Source of the DNA: Candidatus Electronema halotolerans
Lineage (GTDB): Bacteria; Desulfobacterota; Desulfobulbia; Desulfobulbales; Desulfobulbaceae
DNA length: 32,000 nt
NCBI GenBank assembly: GCA_942493095.1
Contig: OW818675.1
Coordinates: 2,580,001-2,612,000 of the forward strand
Direction: 5' to 3'
The notes under the pieces are model-generated. The model had not been told where the DNA came from, searched no databases, and saw only the letters and a list, made by a program, of their open reading frames with translations. How positions within the stretch are numbered: position 1 is the first letter of the stretch; each line of letters opens with the position of its first letter. This document shows positions 1 to 8,195 of this stretch, one piece after another. The position numbers were made by a program, and so were the translations under genes.

Positions 1-976
1 TGGAATCATTGATGAAATGAACTTCGTTAATTTCCCCAGCAGGAGTCATCCGATGCAAAGGCGGCTGATACTCGGCCAGCCCGGCCCGGATGCCCTCAAT
101 TGAGCAGCCAAAGGCCCGCGCCGCCAGCACTGCCGCTGCCGCATTATAAACATTGACTAAGGAACTGAGGCGGGTGCCAGCCAGCTCGTAGATTTCCGCT
201 GCGCCGTCCGGGGCAAAGCCCGGCTCCAGCCGCACCTGCTGGCCTTCGACCTTGGCCCGGCTGCCGAGCTGCGTGCCAAAACCAAGCACTTGACCTGCGC
301 CCGGCACGGTTCTGGCCATAACTTCAGGATCATCCATGCCGATGATGGCTGTGTCACCCGGTTTTTGCTGAGAAAAGAGATTGAGCTTGGCTGCCGCATA
401 GTTGGTAAAGCTGCCGTGGCGGTCGATGTGGTCGGGAGAGAGATTGAGCAGCAGGCCGATCTCAGGGCGAAAACTGCCTGCTGCGTCAAGCTGAAAACTG
501 GACAGCTCCAGCACGGCTGCTTCCGCTGCGCTTGGTTCCGTGAGAAAATCCAAAACTGGAGTGCCGATATTGCCGCCGACAAAGACCTTTTTGCCAGAAC
601 TGCGCAAAAGCTGGCCGAGCAGACTGGTGACAGTGGTTTTGCCATTCGAGCCAGTCACAGCAAGCACTGGCACGGGAATGCGTCCGGCAGCCAAGGCCAG
701 CTCGCCGAGCACCGGCACTCCTCGGCTGCGGGCGGCGGTCAGCACGGGCAAATCCAGCGGCACCCCTGGACTGACCACGATCAGGTCCGCAGCCGCGAAA
801 AAAGCTGCTGTGTGGCCGCCGGTCTCCAGCTCTGCCCCGCACTGATCAAGCACAGCCTGTTCTGCCGCAAAAATCTGCGGGCGGTGTTCAGAAACCGCGA
901 CCCGCAGCTTCTGCTGGTGCAAATAGCGCACTGCTGCCAGCCCGGATTTGCCCAGTCCGACCACAACCGCTTTCAT
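1..976 (-). CDS. murD: UDP-N-acetylmuramoylalanine--D-glutamate ligase, partial (3' end outside window)
   Basis: Not in ORF track because it runs off the edge; minus-strand reading gives MKAVVVGLGKSGLAAVRYLHQQK..., ATP-binding loop VLAVTGSNGKTTVTSLLGQLLR and NLSPDHIDRHGSFTNYAAAK, typical of MurD. Confidence 0.93.
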   Translation of the reverse strand, partial: MKAVVVGLGKSGLAAVRYLHQQKLRVAVSEHRPQIFAAEQAVLDQCGAELETGGHTAAFFAAADLIVVSPGVPLDLPVLTAARSRGVPVLGELALAAGRIPVPVLAVTGSNGKTTVTSLLGQLLRSSGKKVFVGGNIGTPVLDFLTEPSAAEAAVLELSSFQLDAAGSFRPEIGLLLNLSPDHIDRHGSFTNYAAAKLNLFSQQKPGDTAIIGMDDPEVMARTVPGAGQVLGFGTQLGSRAKVEGQQVRLEPGFAPDGAAEIYELAGTRLSSLVNVYNAAAAVLAARAFGCSIEGIRAGLAEYQPPLHRMTPAGEINEVHFINDS

Positions 977-1028
977 GCCCGCCTGCAAGACAATCATTTC
1001 TTTTTCCGCAGAGCGGACATTCGGTCTG

Positions 1029-1394
1029 TCAATCTGCAATTGCTATATATTCCACCGGTTCATCGCCCAGCACCAAGGAATCGCTGGTTTCAGCAAGGAG
1101 CATGTTCTGGAGAAAGAGCAGGCTGTCAATGGTCATGGCCGTAAATTTCAAGGCTATGCCCTGCTCGCTGACCCTAATCACCGTCCCTTGCGCGGTTATT
1201 TCTGTATTGCCCTGCGGCTGCTTCAGCCGGATCAGACAAGTGTCTCCGGGCTTCTGGGCAACGCAGCCATTGACAAAAATGCCGCCAAGACTGAGATTGC
1301 TGACAGCGTGCGCGCTGCTCTTGGTGTCGAAATCAAGAAAGACCTCCTGCTGCATGTCCACCCGGATGAAATGACGACGGTCTCTGCTCTTCAT
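1029..1394 (-). CDS. PilZ-domain protein (putative c-di-GMP effector)
   Basis: MKSRDRRHFIRVDMQQEVFLDF...VSNLSLGGIFV: RR..R plus N.S.GG PilZ signature; internal ATG at 1394 preceded by AGGAG. The track ORF starts at 1451. Confidence 0.85.
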   Translation of the reverse strand: MKSRDRRHFIRVDMQQEVFLDFDTKSSAHAVSNLSLGGIFVNGCVAQKPGDTCLIRLKQPQGNTEITAQGTVIRVSEQGIALKFTAMTIDSLLFLQNMLLAETSDSLVLGDEPVEYIAIAD

Positions 1395-1564
1395 GCGCGG
1401 CTCCTGAAAGAAAAAACGTTGAAACAGGGTACTGGCCTTGCGTGAATCCATGCAACAATAATGCCGTTCCCCTGAAAAGGAAGGGCCGTTCTATCATCAT
1501 CAATTTTTTCATCCCATTCTGAGCAGCACCCATTGACAGGCTCAAGGTGCTGGCAGGGACAGGG

Positions 1565-1599
1565 TGACAAATTTTGTCAGCAACTGACAAAATTTGTCA
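1565..1599. promoter_or_regulatory. Paired 15-bp dyads TGACAAATTTTGTCA / TGACAAAATTTGTCA, 20 bp apart
   Basis: Two perfect palindromes (7-bp arms around 1 nt) at 1565-1579 and 1585-1599, upstream of PilZ-murD and beyond the terminator of the FKBP gene. Confidence 0.6.
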
Positions 1600-1622
1600 A
1601 GAAAAATCTTTCAGGAGGTATG

Positions 1623-1657
1623 AAAAAACGCCTGCTCTGTTGCAGAGATCAGGCGTT
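1623..1657 (-). terminator. Rho-independent terminator after FKBP PPIase gene
   Basis: Minus strand reads AACGCCTG-AT-CTCTG-CAA-CAGAG-CAGGCGTT followed by TTTT. Confidence 0.85.
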
Positions 1658-1687
1658 GGCAGGCAAAGCAACTGAGGAAAGACTGCT

Positions 1688-2362
1688 CTACTCTTCCTCG
1701 CTCTTGATGACCTCCAGCAGCTCCACTTTAAATTTGAGCAGAGATCCCGGCGGAATCACTGGCGGCGCGCCTTGATCGCCATAGCCTAATTCCGGCGGCA
1801 CATACAGCTCAAAAACACTGCCCGGAGTCATGAGCTGAAGCCCCTCAATCCAGCCGGGAATCACCTGCTTGACCTGGAACCGGGCCGGTTCATTGCGGCT
1901 GTACGAGCTGTCAAACTCAGTGCCGTCCAAGAGCGTGCCCTTGTACTGAACCTTGACCGTGTCGCGGACTGTCGGCTTGTCGCCCTTGCCCTCTTTGATG
2001 ATCTTGTATTGCAGCCCGGATTCCGTGGTCTTGACACCTTCTTTGGTCTTGTTCTCCTCCAAGAATTTTTTCGCCGCCTCTTTGCGTTCGGCAAGCATGG
2101 CTTGGAAGAGGTCCTTCTGGGCCTGTTCAGCTTCCTGCTGGGTCATCAGCAGTTTGGCATCGGGTGTGTAGCCATCCTTGATCGCCTGCTCGACAGTGGC
2201 CATGTCGAAATTATAGCCCAGCTTTTTGAGATAGGTGCCAAAATCAAGGCCAAGGGCATAGCTGAAACGCTGATTGTCGGTGGTCAGTTTTGCGTCATCG
2301 GCTGCCGCCGCTGATCCGGCAGTCAGCATCAAGGCCAACACTGCGCATGCTGCACGCTTCAT
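1688..2362 (-). CDS. FKBP-type peptidyl-prolyl cis-trans isomerase (Mip/FkpA-like, exported)
   Basis: Signal peptide; FKBP core VKVQYKGTLLDGTEFDSSY...VIPGWIEGLQLMTPGSVFELYVPPELGYGDQGAPPVIPPGSLLKFKVELL. Confidence 0.95.
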   Translation of the reverse strand: MKRAACAVLALMLTAGSAAAADDAKLTTDNQRFSYALGLDFGTYLKKLGYNFDMATVEQAIKDGYTPDAKLLMTQQEAEQAQKDLFQAMLAERKEAAKKFLEENKTKEGVKTTESGLQYKIIKEGKGDKPTVRDTVKVQYKGTLLDGTEFDSSYSRNEPARFQVKQVIPGWIEGLQLMTPGSVFELYVPPELGYGDQGAPPVIPPGSLLKFKVELLEVIKSEEE

Positions 2363-2471
2363 AGATTCTCCTCTTCAGTCAATTCAAGCAGACATTGTCA
2401 ACTGGGCGGCATCAGGCCGCGCCAATTCCATGATAATCAGGTTCCATACTACCTGATCTGGCCGAAAAACA

Positions 2472-2500
2472 AAAACACCTTTTTCCAGCTACTGTGTTTT
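2472..2500 (-). terminator. Possible weak terminator after zinc-ribbon gene
   Basis: Minus strand AAAACAC...GTGTTTT stem followed by TGTTTTT; stem is short and AT-rich. Confidence 0.35.
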
Positions 2501-2512
2501 GTTGAGGCCTGC

Positions 2513-3043
2513 TCAGGCAAAGCAGAGACCGCAGTCAGGGCAGGCATTCTGCGAAGTGGGAAAGGTGCAGCCGCAGGCGGGACAGACCGCTGTGTCAGCG
2601 GCAGTGTCAAAGACCGCGCCAGCTCCGCCAAGGTCATGCTCATGCAGGGCTGTGGAGCGGATATGATCCTGCACCATAAAGGCCTGCACGTCCTCCAAGT
2701 CAGCGGCCCGAACCTGCACCGTCAGACTGGGGCCGCCGCAGCAGCTTGACCGGCAGCTTCCTTCCTCGTTGACCACCAAGGAGGGAATGCCCTGCCGCTC
2801 CAGCAGGGCCTGAAGATGCCGCATTTCCACCATTGCCCCTTTGCTGATGCTGACCAGTTCGTCATTGGGACTCAGCGGCAGACGGCGGGACCCTTTTTTC
2901 GCCTCGGCCAGCCGCTGCTGCTCCAGCAGGCTCTGGCCGTCAAGCAATGTGACCGCGCAGACCGCGCAGCGATCAATTTCCACCCGATACTCATCGCCGC
3001 ACTGCGGGCAATATTTCAATTCAGGATCAATAGTACGCTTCAT
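2513..3043 (-). CDS. Double zinc-ribbon protein with central DUF2007-like (signal-transducing domain-like) segment
   Basis: N-terminal CPQCG...CAVC and C-terminal CPACG...CPDCG ribbons flank EMRHLQALLERQGIPSLVV....CGGPSLTVQVRAADLEDVQAF. Track ORF starts at 3058; MKRTID start at 3043 preferred. Confidence 0.75.
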   Translation of the reverse strand: MKRTIDPELKYCPQCGDEYRVEIDRCAVCAVTLLDGQSLLEQQRLAEAKKGSRRLPLSPNDELVSISKGAMVEMRHLQALLERQGIPSLVVNEEGSCRSSCCGGPSLTVQVRAADLEDVQAFMVQDHIRSTALHEHDLGGAGAVFDTAADTAVCPACGCTFPTSQNACPDCGLCFA

Positions 3044-3061
3044 GCTGTCACAACTCACCCT

Positions 3062-4234
3062 TCAGTATTTGGCCTGCTTGTTCTTCTGCGCTTTATTGAG
3101 CAGATCGCCCAGCGTGCCCATTGATTTGGGCGCAGCATCCTTTGGCGGCGGAGTCCAGTTCTTCTCCTCCTCAGCCTTGGGGGTGTAGTCTTCCGGGACA
3201 AGGGAAATACGCTGCTGGGCCTTGTCAATGCTGTCAATTTTCACTGTCACCTGCTGGCCTGCCGAGAGCACCTCGCGGGGATGATTGATCCGGCGGCCTC
3301 CGCCCAGCTTGGAAATATGAAGCAGGCCGTCAATGCCCGGCTCCAAGGTGACAAAGGCCCCAAAGGCGGCCAGCCGTGAGACCGTGCCGTTGTGGACGCT
3401 GGCAGGCGCGTATTTCTCCTCCACCCGCTCCCACGGATTTTCCAGCGTGTCCTTCAGGCTCAGGGAGATGCGCTCTTTGGCCCAGTCGATCTTCTTGACC
3501 AGCACTGCCACCTGCTGGCCCACACTGAGCACATCTTCAACCCGCTCAACCTGGCCCCAAGCCAGCTCAGATATCGGAATCAGGCCGTCCGCGCCACCGA
3601 GATCAACAAAGGCCCCAAACTCGCGGATGGAACTGACCGTGCCTTCAACCTGATCACCCTCGTGCAGGCTGTCACGGAGCTGCTGCTTGCGCTCCTCGCG
3701 CTCCTCTTCCAGCAGGGCGCGGGCCGAGAGGATGATGTTGCGGCCTTTTCTGCCGAACTCAATGATTTTGAAGTCCATTTCCTGCTCCAGATAGGCCTCT
3801 GGCGATTCCGCCCGGTGCAGGCCCATCTGAGAGTAGGGGCAGAAGGCGCGCTGTCCAGCCACTGCGACCTGATAGCCGCCTTTGATCTCCGCCTTGACCA
3901 TGCCCTTGACTGGAATGCCAGTCTGAAACGCCTGCTCCAGCTCCAGCAGTCCAGCGGCCCGCCCGGAGCCGACGCGGGTGGTGAAGACTAATTCACCGCC
4001 GCGCTGGGTCAGGAAAAAGACTGGCACCTTGTCGCCGACATTGACAGTCAGTTCGCCGTCTTCATTATGGCATTCGGCTGCGCTGAGAACCCCCTCGCTT
4101 TTGCCGCCGAGGTCAAGAAAGATGTTCTCGCCGCTGATGTCGGCAACAACTGCCTCTATCTTGTCGCCGGGCTGAAGCTGCTGGCCGGTGACGCTTTTTT
4201 CCTGAAACAGGTCTGCAAAGCTTTCTTGGGTCAT
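3062..4234 (-). CDS. S1 RNA-binding-domain protein (30S ribosomal protein S1-like, about 4 repeats)
   Basis: 390 aa; repeated S1 motifs such as GDQVEGTVSSIREFGAFVDLGGADGLIPISEL and HNGTVSRLAAFGAFVTLEPGIDGLLHISKL. Confidence 0.93.
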   Translation of the reverse strand: MTQESFADLFQEKSVTGQQLQPGDKIEAVVADISGENIFLDLGGKSEGVLSAAECHNEDGELTVNVGDKVPVFFLTQRGGELVFTTRVGSGRAAGLLELEQAFQTGIPVKGMVKAEIKGGYQVAVAGQRAFCPYSQMGLHRAESPEAYLEQEMDFKIIEFGRKGRNIILSARALLEEEREERKQQLRDSLHEGDQVEGTVSSIREFGAFVDLGGADGLIPISELAWGQVERVEDVLSVGQQVAVLVKKIDWAKERISLSLKDTLENPWERVEEKYAPASVHNGTVSRLAAFGAFVTLEPGIDGLLHISKLGGGRRINHPREVLSAGQQVTVKIDSIDKAQQRISLVPEDYTPKAEEEKNWTPPPKDAAPKSMGTLGDLLNKAQKNKQAKY

Positions 4235-4279
4235 GGTAAATACTGAGCAAATATAAGATTGATAGCTTATAGCTATCCG

Positions 4280-4864
4280 TCATTTAGCACTAAGCTGTTT
4301 AATTAACAGAAAAATAAACGGCAAAATAACAACAAACGCAAAAAATAACTTGTCAAGTGGTTTCTTGCGAGCAAGGAGGCTAGCAATTATAACGGATCCA
4401 GAGATAAATGCAGAAAATAAAATTGTAATAGAAAATAATTTTAGCAATTCAGGTTCTTGTCTGCAAACAGCGCAGCAAAGAATAAAGAGTCCATAACCAA
4501 GCACAAAAGAAACTATAGAACTTCCAATTTGGTTAAGCCTGTACCCAGTATGATCTACAATATCTTTTAAAGAATCAGAAGAAGTCCTTTTTGGGAGGCA
4601 ATTAACTATTGTACCAAGGAGAACATAAATAGTAAATATAAGGCCAAAAGAATTTGCTGGCAAAAAATCAAAAAGAATTTTTAAACCTATTTTTTGAAGA
4701 TCAGCTATTCCAAACAATTGAAATATCCATCTTAACCAGATACAGTTAATTTTGACTATCGACATCAAAGCAGTAATAAAACCGCAAAATCCGAAAAAAA
4801 GAATATCTTTCTTGATTTCTTCTACAAGAAGGTCTATTGATTTTTTTAGATCATTATTCATCAC
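4280..4864 (-). CDS. Hypothetical AT-rich multi-pass membrane protein
   Basis: 194 aa, several hydrophobic segments, overlaps the lolA-like stop; start GTG 4864 or ATG 4861; visibly AT-richer than neighbours. Confidence 0.65.
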   Translation of the reverse strand: MMNNDLKKSIDLLVEEIKKDILFFGFCGFITALMSIVKINCIWLRWIFQLFGIADLQKIGLKILFDFLPANSFGLIFTIYVLLGTIVNCLPKRTSSDSLKDIVDHTGYRLNQIGSSIVSFVLGYGLFILCCAVCRQEPELLKLFSITILFSAFISGSVIIASLLARKKPLDKLFFAFVVILPFIFLLIKQLSAK

Positions 4865-5553
4865 TACTGCCGCACCACCTCAGTTCCTTGCGGCACATTC
4901 AGCCGGACAAGCTCCTCTTCCACCTTGGCGGAATTCGCAGGAAAGGTATTGAACTTGATATTGCTGAATTCCAATTTGGTCAGCGTGTCAAAATGATCTT
5001 CCAACACGAGCTGCCGAATCACCGAATTCTTGTCAAACCAGCAATGCACACTCTTGATCTGTCCATGCGGCTTTTTGGGCACCAGCTTGACAACATACAG
5101 ACCATTGCCAGTTTTGGCGCGGCTGTCCGCAGGTTCTAAAGAAAAATCATCAAGCAGATTGCCCTTACCTGCAAAAAGGGAATAGGTGATGTCAGATTCC
5201 AGCTCTTTGGCTGAGGAAACCAAGAGCTGCTTGTCCTTCTCGTTGTAAATGGAGAGCTGCTTGCCGTCATTGACAATAATCTGCACATCCGGGGCCATGT
5301 AGTTCCAGCGCATGATGCCTGCGCGAATAGGCGCGGGCCGGTAGAAAATGCAGTTGCCTGCGCCATGCCGGGCACGTCCGCCGCTGCCGGTGGTCTGCCG
5401 GAAATTGAAGCTGAGACTGGTCAGGCTGCGGTAGCGTTGCTGCACAGCTTCAACCTGAGGCCGCAGGTCAGCCTGCGCCGCGTTCGCAGTGGTCAGGCAG
5501 CAGAACAGGAAAAGAAAAATAATCTTGAAAATACGGGGTAATACTTCAGACAT
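4864..5553 (-). CDS. lolA: Outer-membrane lipoprotein carrier protein LolA-like
   Basis: Start at MSEVLPRIFKIIFLFLFCCLTTANAAQ (signal peptide); VQQRYRSLTSLSFNFRQTTGSGG...AGIMRWNYMAPDVQIIVNDGKQLSIYNEKDKQL is LolA-like. Confidence 0.85.
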   Translation of the reverse strand: MSEVLPRIFKIIFLFLFCCLTTANAAQADLRPQVEAVQQRYRSLTSLSFNFRQTTGSGGRARHGAGNCIFYRPAPIRAGIMRWNYMAPDVQIIVNDGKQLSIYNEKDKQLLVSSAKELESDITYSLFAGKGNLLDDFSLEPADSRAKTGNGLYVVKLVPKKPHGQIKSVHCWFDKNSVIRQLVLEDHFDTLTKLEFSNIKFNTFPANSAKVEEELVRLNVPQGTEVVRQ

Positions 5554-6334
5554 CAACTTTTTCCAAATGAATGGGACGGCCAAAAATCCGGTCAGCAAGC
5601 CGCTGCACCGGACCAGTGCTGTCGGAAACAAAAAAGCGGCTCTGCCGCCCCTGCTCCGCCATATTTGAGCCGATTTGAGGATTTTTATCAAGGAATTCTT
5701 TCAAATGTCGGGCAGCTTCGGCAGAGGAGTCAACTAACCGCACTTTTTTGCCCATTCTGGCCTGAATCAGGCTGCCGAGCAAGGGATAATGGGTGCAGCC
5801 GAGAATCAGGGTGTCGATCTGCCGCTCACGCAGGGGATGAAGATAGCGGCGGAGGATCATTTTTGTTTCCCGCTTGTTGAGCCAGTCCTCCTCCACCAAG
5901 GGAACCAAGAGCGGACAGGCTTGGCTGATAATCTGACAGCCGGGCCGGACTGCTTGGAGACGCTGCTCATAAACCTTGGAACGCACGGTGGCTCTGGTGC
6001 CAATGATGCCGATCCGGCCTGCCGCGCTCACTGCCGCTGCTTTTTCTACAGTCGCGCTGACCACATCAATGACCGGCACCGCATACTGTTGCCGCAGGGT
6101 CTCGGCAGCCGCAGCCGCAGCCGAATTGCAGGCGATGACCACCGCCTCTGCTCCCTGACTGAGCAGGAAGTCCGTGTTGCGGCAGCTGCAGGCCGTGATG
6201 ACCTCGGTGCTCTTGGAGCCGTAAGGGCTGCGGGCAAGATCACCAAAATAGAGCAGCGGCAATTGAGGACACAAATCCTCAATTGCCTTGGCCACGGTCA
6301 TGCCGCCAACCCCGGAGTCAAACACTCCGATCAT
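5546..6334 (-). CDS. murI: Glutamate racemase
   Basis: MIGVFDSGVGGMTVAKAIEDLCPQLPLLYFGDLARSPYGSKS...AVVIACNSAAA...DTLILGCTHYPLL. Track ORF is N-terminally over-extended. Confidence 0.96.
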   Translation of the reverse strand: MIGVFDSGVGGMTVAKAIEDLCPQLPLLYFGDLARSPYGSKSTEVITACSCRNTDFLLSQGAEAVVIACNSAAAAAAETLRQQYAVPVIDVVSATVEKAAAVSAAGRIGIIGTRATVRSKVYEQRLQAVRPGCQIISQACPLLVPLVEEDWLNKRETKMILRRYLHPLRERQIDTLILGCTHYPLLGSLIQARMGKKVRLVDSSAEAARHLKEFLDKNPQIGSNMAEQGRQSRFFVSDSTGPVQRLADRIFGRPIHLEKVDV

Positions 6335-6344
6335 GCGGAACAGC

Positions 6345-6785
6345 TCAGGCGGACTTCTTTTTCTTTCCAGCCCGCTCGGCAATGGACTTGCGCAGATTCG
6401 GATGAATGCCGCGCTCCTTGCTGGCTGCTGAACGCTCATCAGACAACGCCTTGGCGCAGAGCGACTGACGGCTGGGGAAGCCGTACTTTTTCCGATATTC
6501 GCGGGCAGTCATGCCATGCGACTTCAAATGTTTGGTCAGCATTTTAAAAGACTGGCCGCATTCCAAGCAGATAATTTTATTTTTCTGAATGGAGCGTTTC
6601 GGCTCAATGTCCGGCTTGCCTTCCCTGTCATCAGCCGCGCAGCCGCTGACCTCAGCCTCCTGCAGGCCCTTGAGCGTCTGATAGGTTTCATGCAAAGCCG
6701 CGTTGATTTCCTCTTTGCTCATGCTCGAACCGCTGATATGGGACTGAACGATTTCAGCAGTCATTTCAACTAATGTTTTGCTCAT
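6345..6785 (-). CDS. MucR/Ros-family transcriptional regulator (prokaryotic C2H2 zinc finger)
   Basis: CLECGQSFKMLTKHLKSHGMTAREYRKKYGFP signature. Confidence 0.93.
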   Translation of the reverse strand: MSKTLVEMTAEIVQSHISGSSMSKEEINAALHETYQTLKGLQEAEVSGCAADDREGKPDIEPKRSIQKNKIICLECGQSFKMLTKHLKSHGMTAREYRKKYGFPSRQSLCAKALSDERSAASKERGIHPNLRKSIAERAGKKKKSA

Positions 6786-7349
6786 GTCGAACTCCAGAAA
6801 AAAAATATGGGTTGAAGGCAGGGGCGGTCAGAAACATGCAAGAGAAGCATTCACCCCTGCCCGTTTGAAAAACATCCTTCTGACATGACACCGTGCAGCA
6901 CAAAATCACGGACTTTGTCCTTCCTTCCCGCTGGTCGGAAAGCAGCGGGAATAACAACACTGGCCCTGTCCAAGGGGCGTTCAGGCGGCGCAGATAAAAA
7001 ACAGCCTCTGACCTTCCCCGTCTGGAAGGAACGATTGTCTCTGATAGTACAATCAGAGAGCCGTATATTACCTGATGGAATCAGGCAATGCAATACTATT
7101 CAACAAGGCTGAAAAATATTTTCAGTTCCCAGATCGGGAAACTGGCCTCTCAGGAGGAAAAAGTCTGAAAAATTCTTTCTGACAACACAGTTCCGCCTGC
7201 CGTCTTTTCTAAAAAAACTGTGGCTGAAGGGCGGAGGCGGTTCTTTCCGAGTTGACAGAACGCCGGGGCGGCATTATTGTGAGCTTATTGAGCAGCTTGT
7301 TTTCTTCAACAATGTTATTCAGCAATTGCAGACAGGAAGAGGTGAGACC

Positions 7350-7631
7350 ATGCCTGTGTATGAGTACAGATGTTCAGCCTGTGAACGGGTTTTTGAAGTG
7401 CAGCAGAAAATCAGCGACGCGCCGCTGACCACCTGCTCCGAATGCGGGGGCGAGGTGAAAAAGTTAGTTTCCGCTGCCGCCTTTCATTTAAAAGGCGGCG
7501 GCTGGTATGCGGACGGCTACAGCTCCTGCGGCAAGCAGGACGGCGGCAAGGACAAGGACAGCAAGCCTGCCGCGCCCGCCTGTTCAGGAGGAGCGGAGGG
7601 CGGCTGCAAAAGCTGTCCGGCAGCAGGCTGA
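7350..7631 (+). CDS. FmdB-family zinc-ribbon protein
   Basis: MPVYEYRCSACERVFEVQQKISDAPLTTCSECGGEVKKLVS...GGGWYADGY; GAGGTG SD upstream. Confidence 0.92.
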   Translation: MPVYEYRCSACERVFEVQQKISDAPLTTCSECGGEVKKLVSAAAFHLKGGGWYADGYSSCGKQDGGKDKDSKPAAPACSGGAEGGCKSCPAAG

Positions 7632-7656
7632 CCCCGAATTTCCCCCTTTGTTGCGA

Positions 7657-7691
7657 CCGTCGGAAAACGAGCCTGTTTCCGGCGGTTTTTT
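7657..7691 (+). terminator. Rho-independent terminator after FmdB-like gene
   Basis: CCGTCGGAAA-ACGAGCCTG-TTTCCGGCGG-TTTTTT, 10-bp stem with one G-U pair. Confidence 0.85.
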
Positions 7692-7815
7692 GATTGACAG
7701 CCTTTCCTGTCCATTGGTACTCTGAAAGTATCCCCTGATGCAATCAATCAGGGGGCATCTCATGTCGTCTCCATGTTCCGGCAGACGGCAGCATCCCTGA
7801 AAAAGGAGCGGAAAA

Positions 7816-8154
7816 ATGGCAGCAGCAAGCGGTTTTTTCAGCAATATATGGGTTTGGCTCCAGAGCACCGGCGTGCCTGAGCAGGTCGGGAGCGTTGATT
7901 TTGTCGGCTTGTTCACCAACCCGTGGTTCATTGTCCCCTTTGCCGTCCTGGTCGGCATCATGATCTGGAAGCAGATGTTCAATGAACTGATTATTCTTGT
8001 TATTTTTGTCATCCTCTGGTGGCTGTCAGGAACGGAGTACATGCAGACCCTGATTGTTGACGGTGAGCTGCAGATCAAAAAGGTGATTCCGGTGCTGATT
8101 GGCGCCTCAGCACTGCTTGGTGTTATCATCTATCTGCTTTTCGGTCGTTCCTGA
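7816..8154 (+). CDS. Small hypothetical membrane protein (about 3 TM)
   Basis: 112 aa with hydrophobic segments FIVPFAVLVGIMIW, ELIILVIFVILWWLS, VIPVLIGASALLGVIIYLLF. Confidence 0.75.
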   Translation: MAAASGFFSNIWVWLQSTGVPEQVGSVDFVGLFTNPWFIVPFAVLVGIMIWKQMFNELIILVIFVILWWLSGTEYMQTLIVDGELQIKKVIPVLIGASALLGVIIYLLFGRS

Positions 8155-8195
8155 AGCAAGCCTTTTTTCTTTTCATCTGAATCAGGTCAGCAGGC

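Noticed and set aside
290-1144. 284-aa + ORF opposite murD/PilZ
   Set aside because: Antisense shadow of a recognisable murD coding region; no domain-like pattern.
1620-1775. SD-like AGGAGGT directly before ATG AAA AAA on + strand
   Set aside because: Spacing of AGGAGGT to ATG is essentially zero and the peptide runs antisense into the FKBP gene; the A-run is better explained as the U-tract of the minus-strand terminator.
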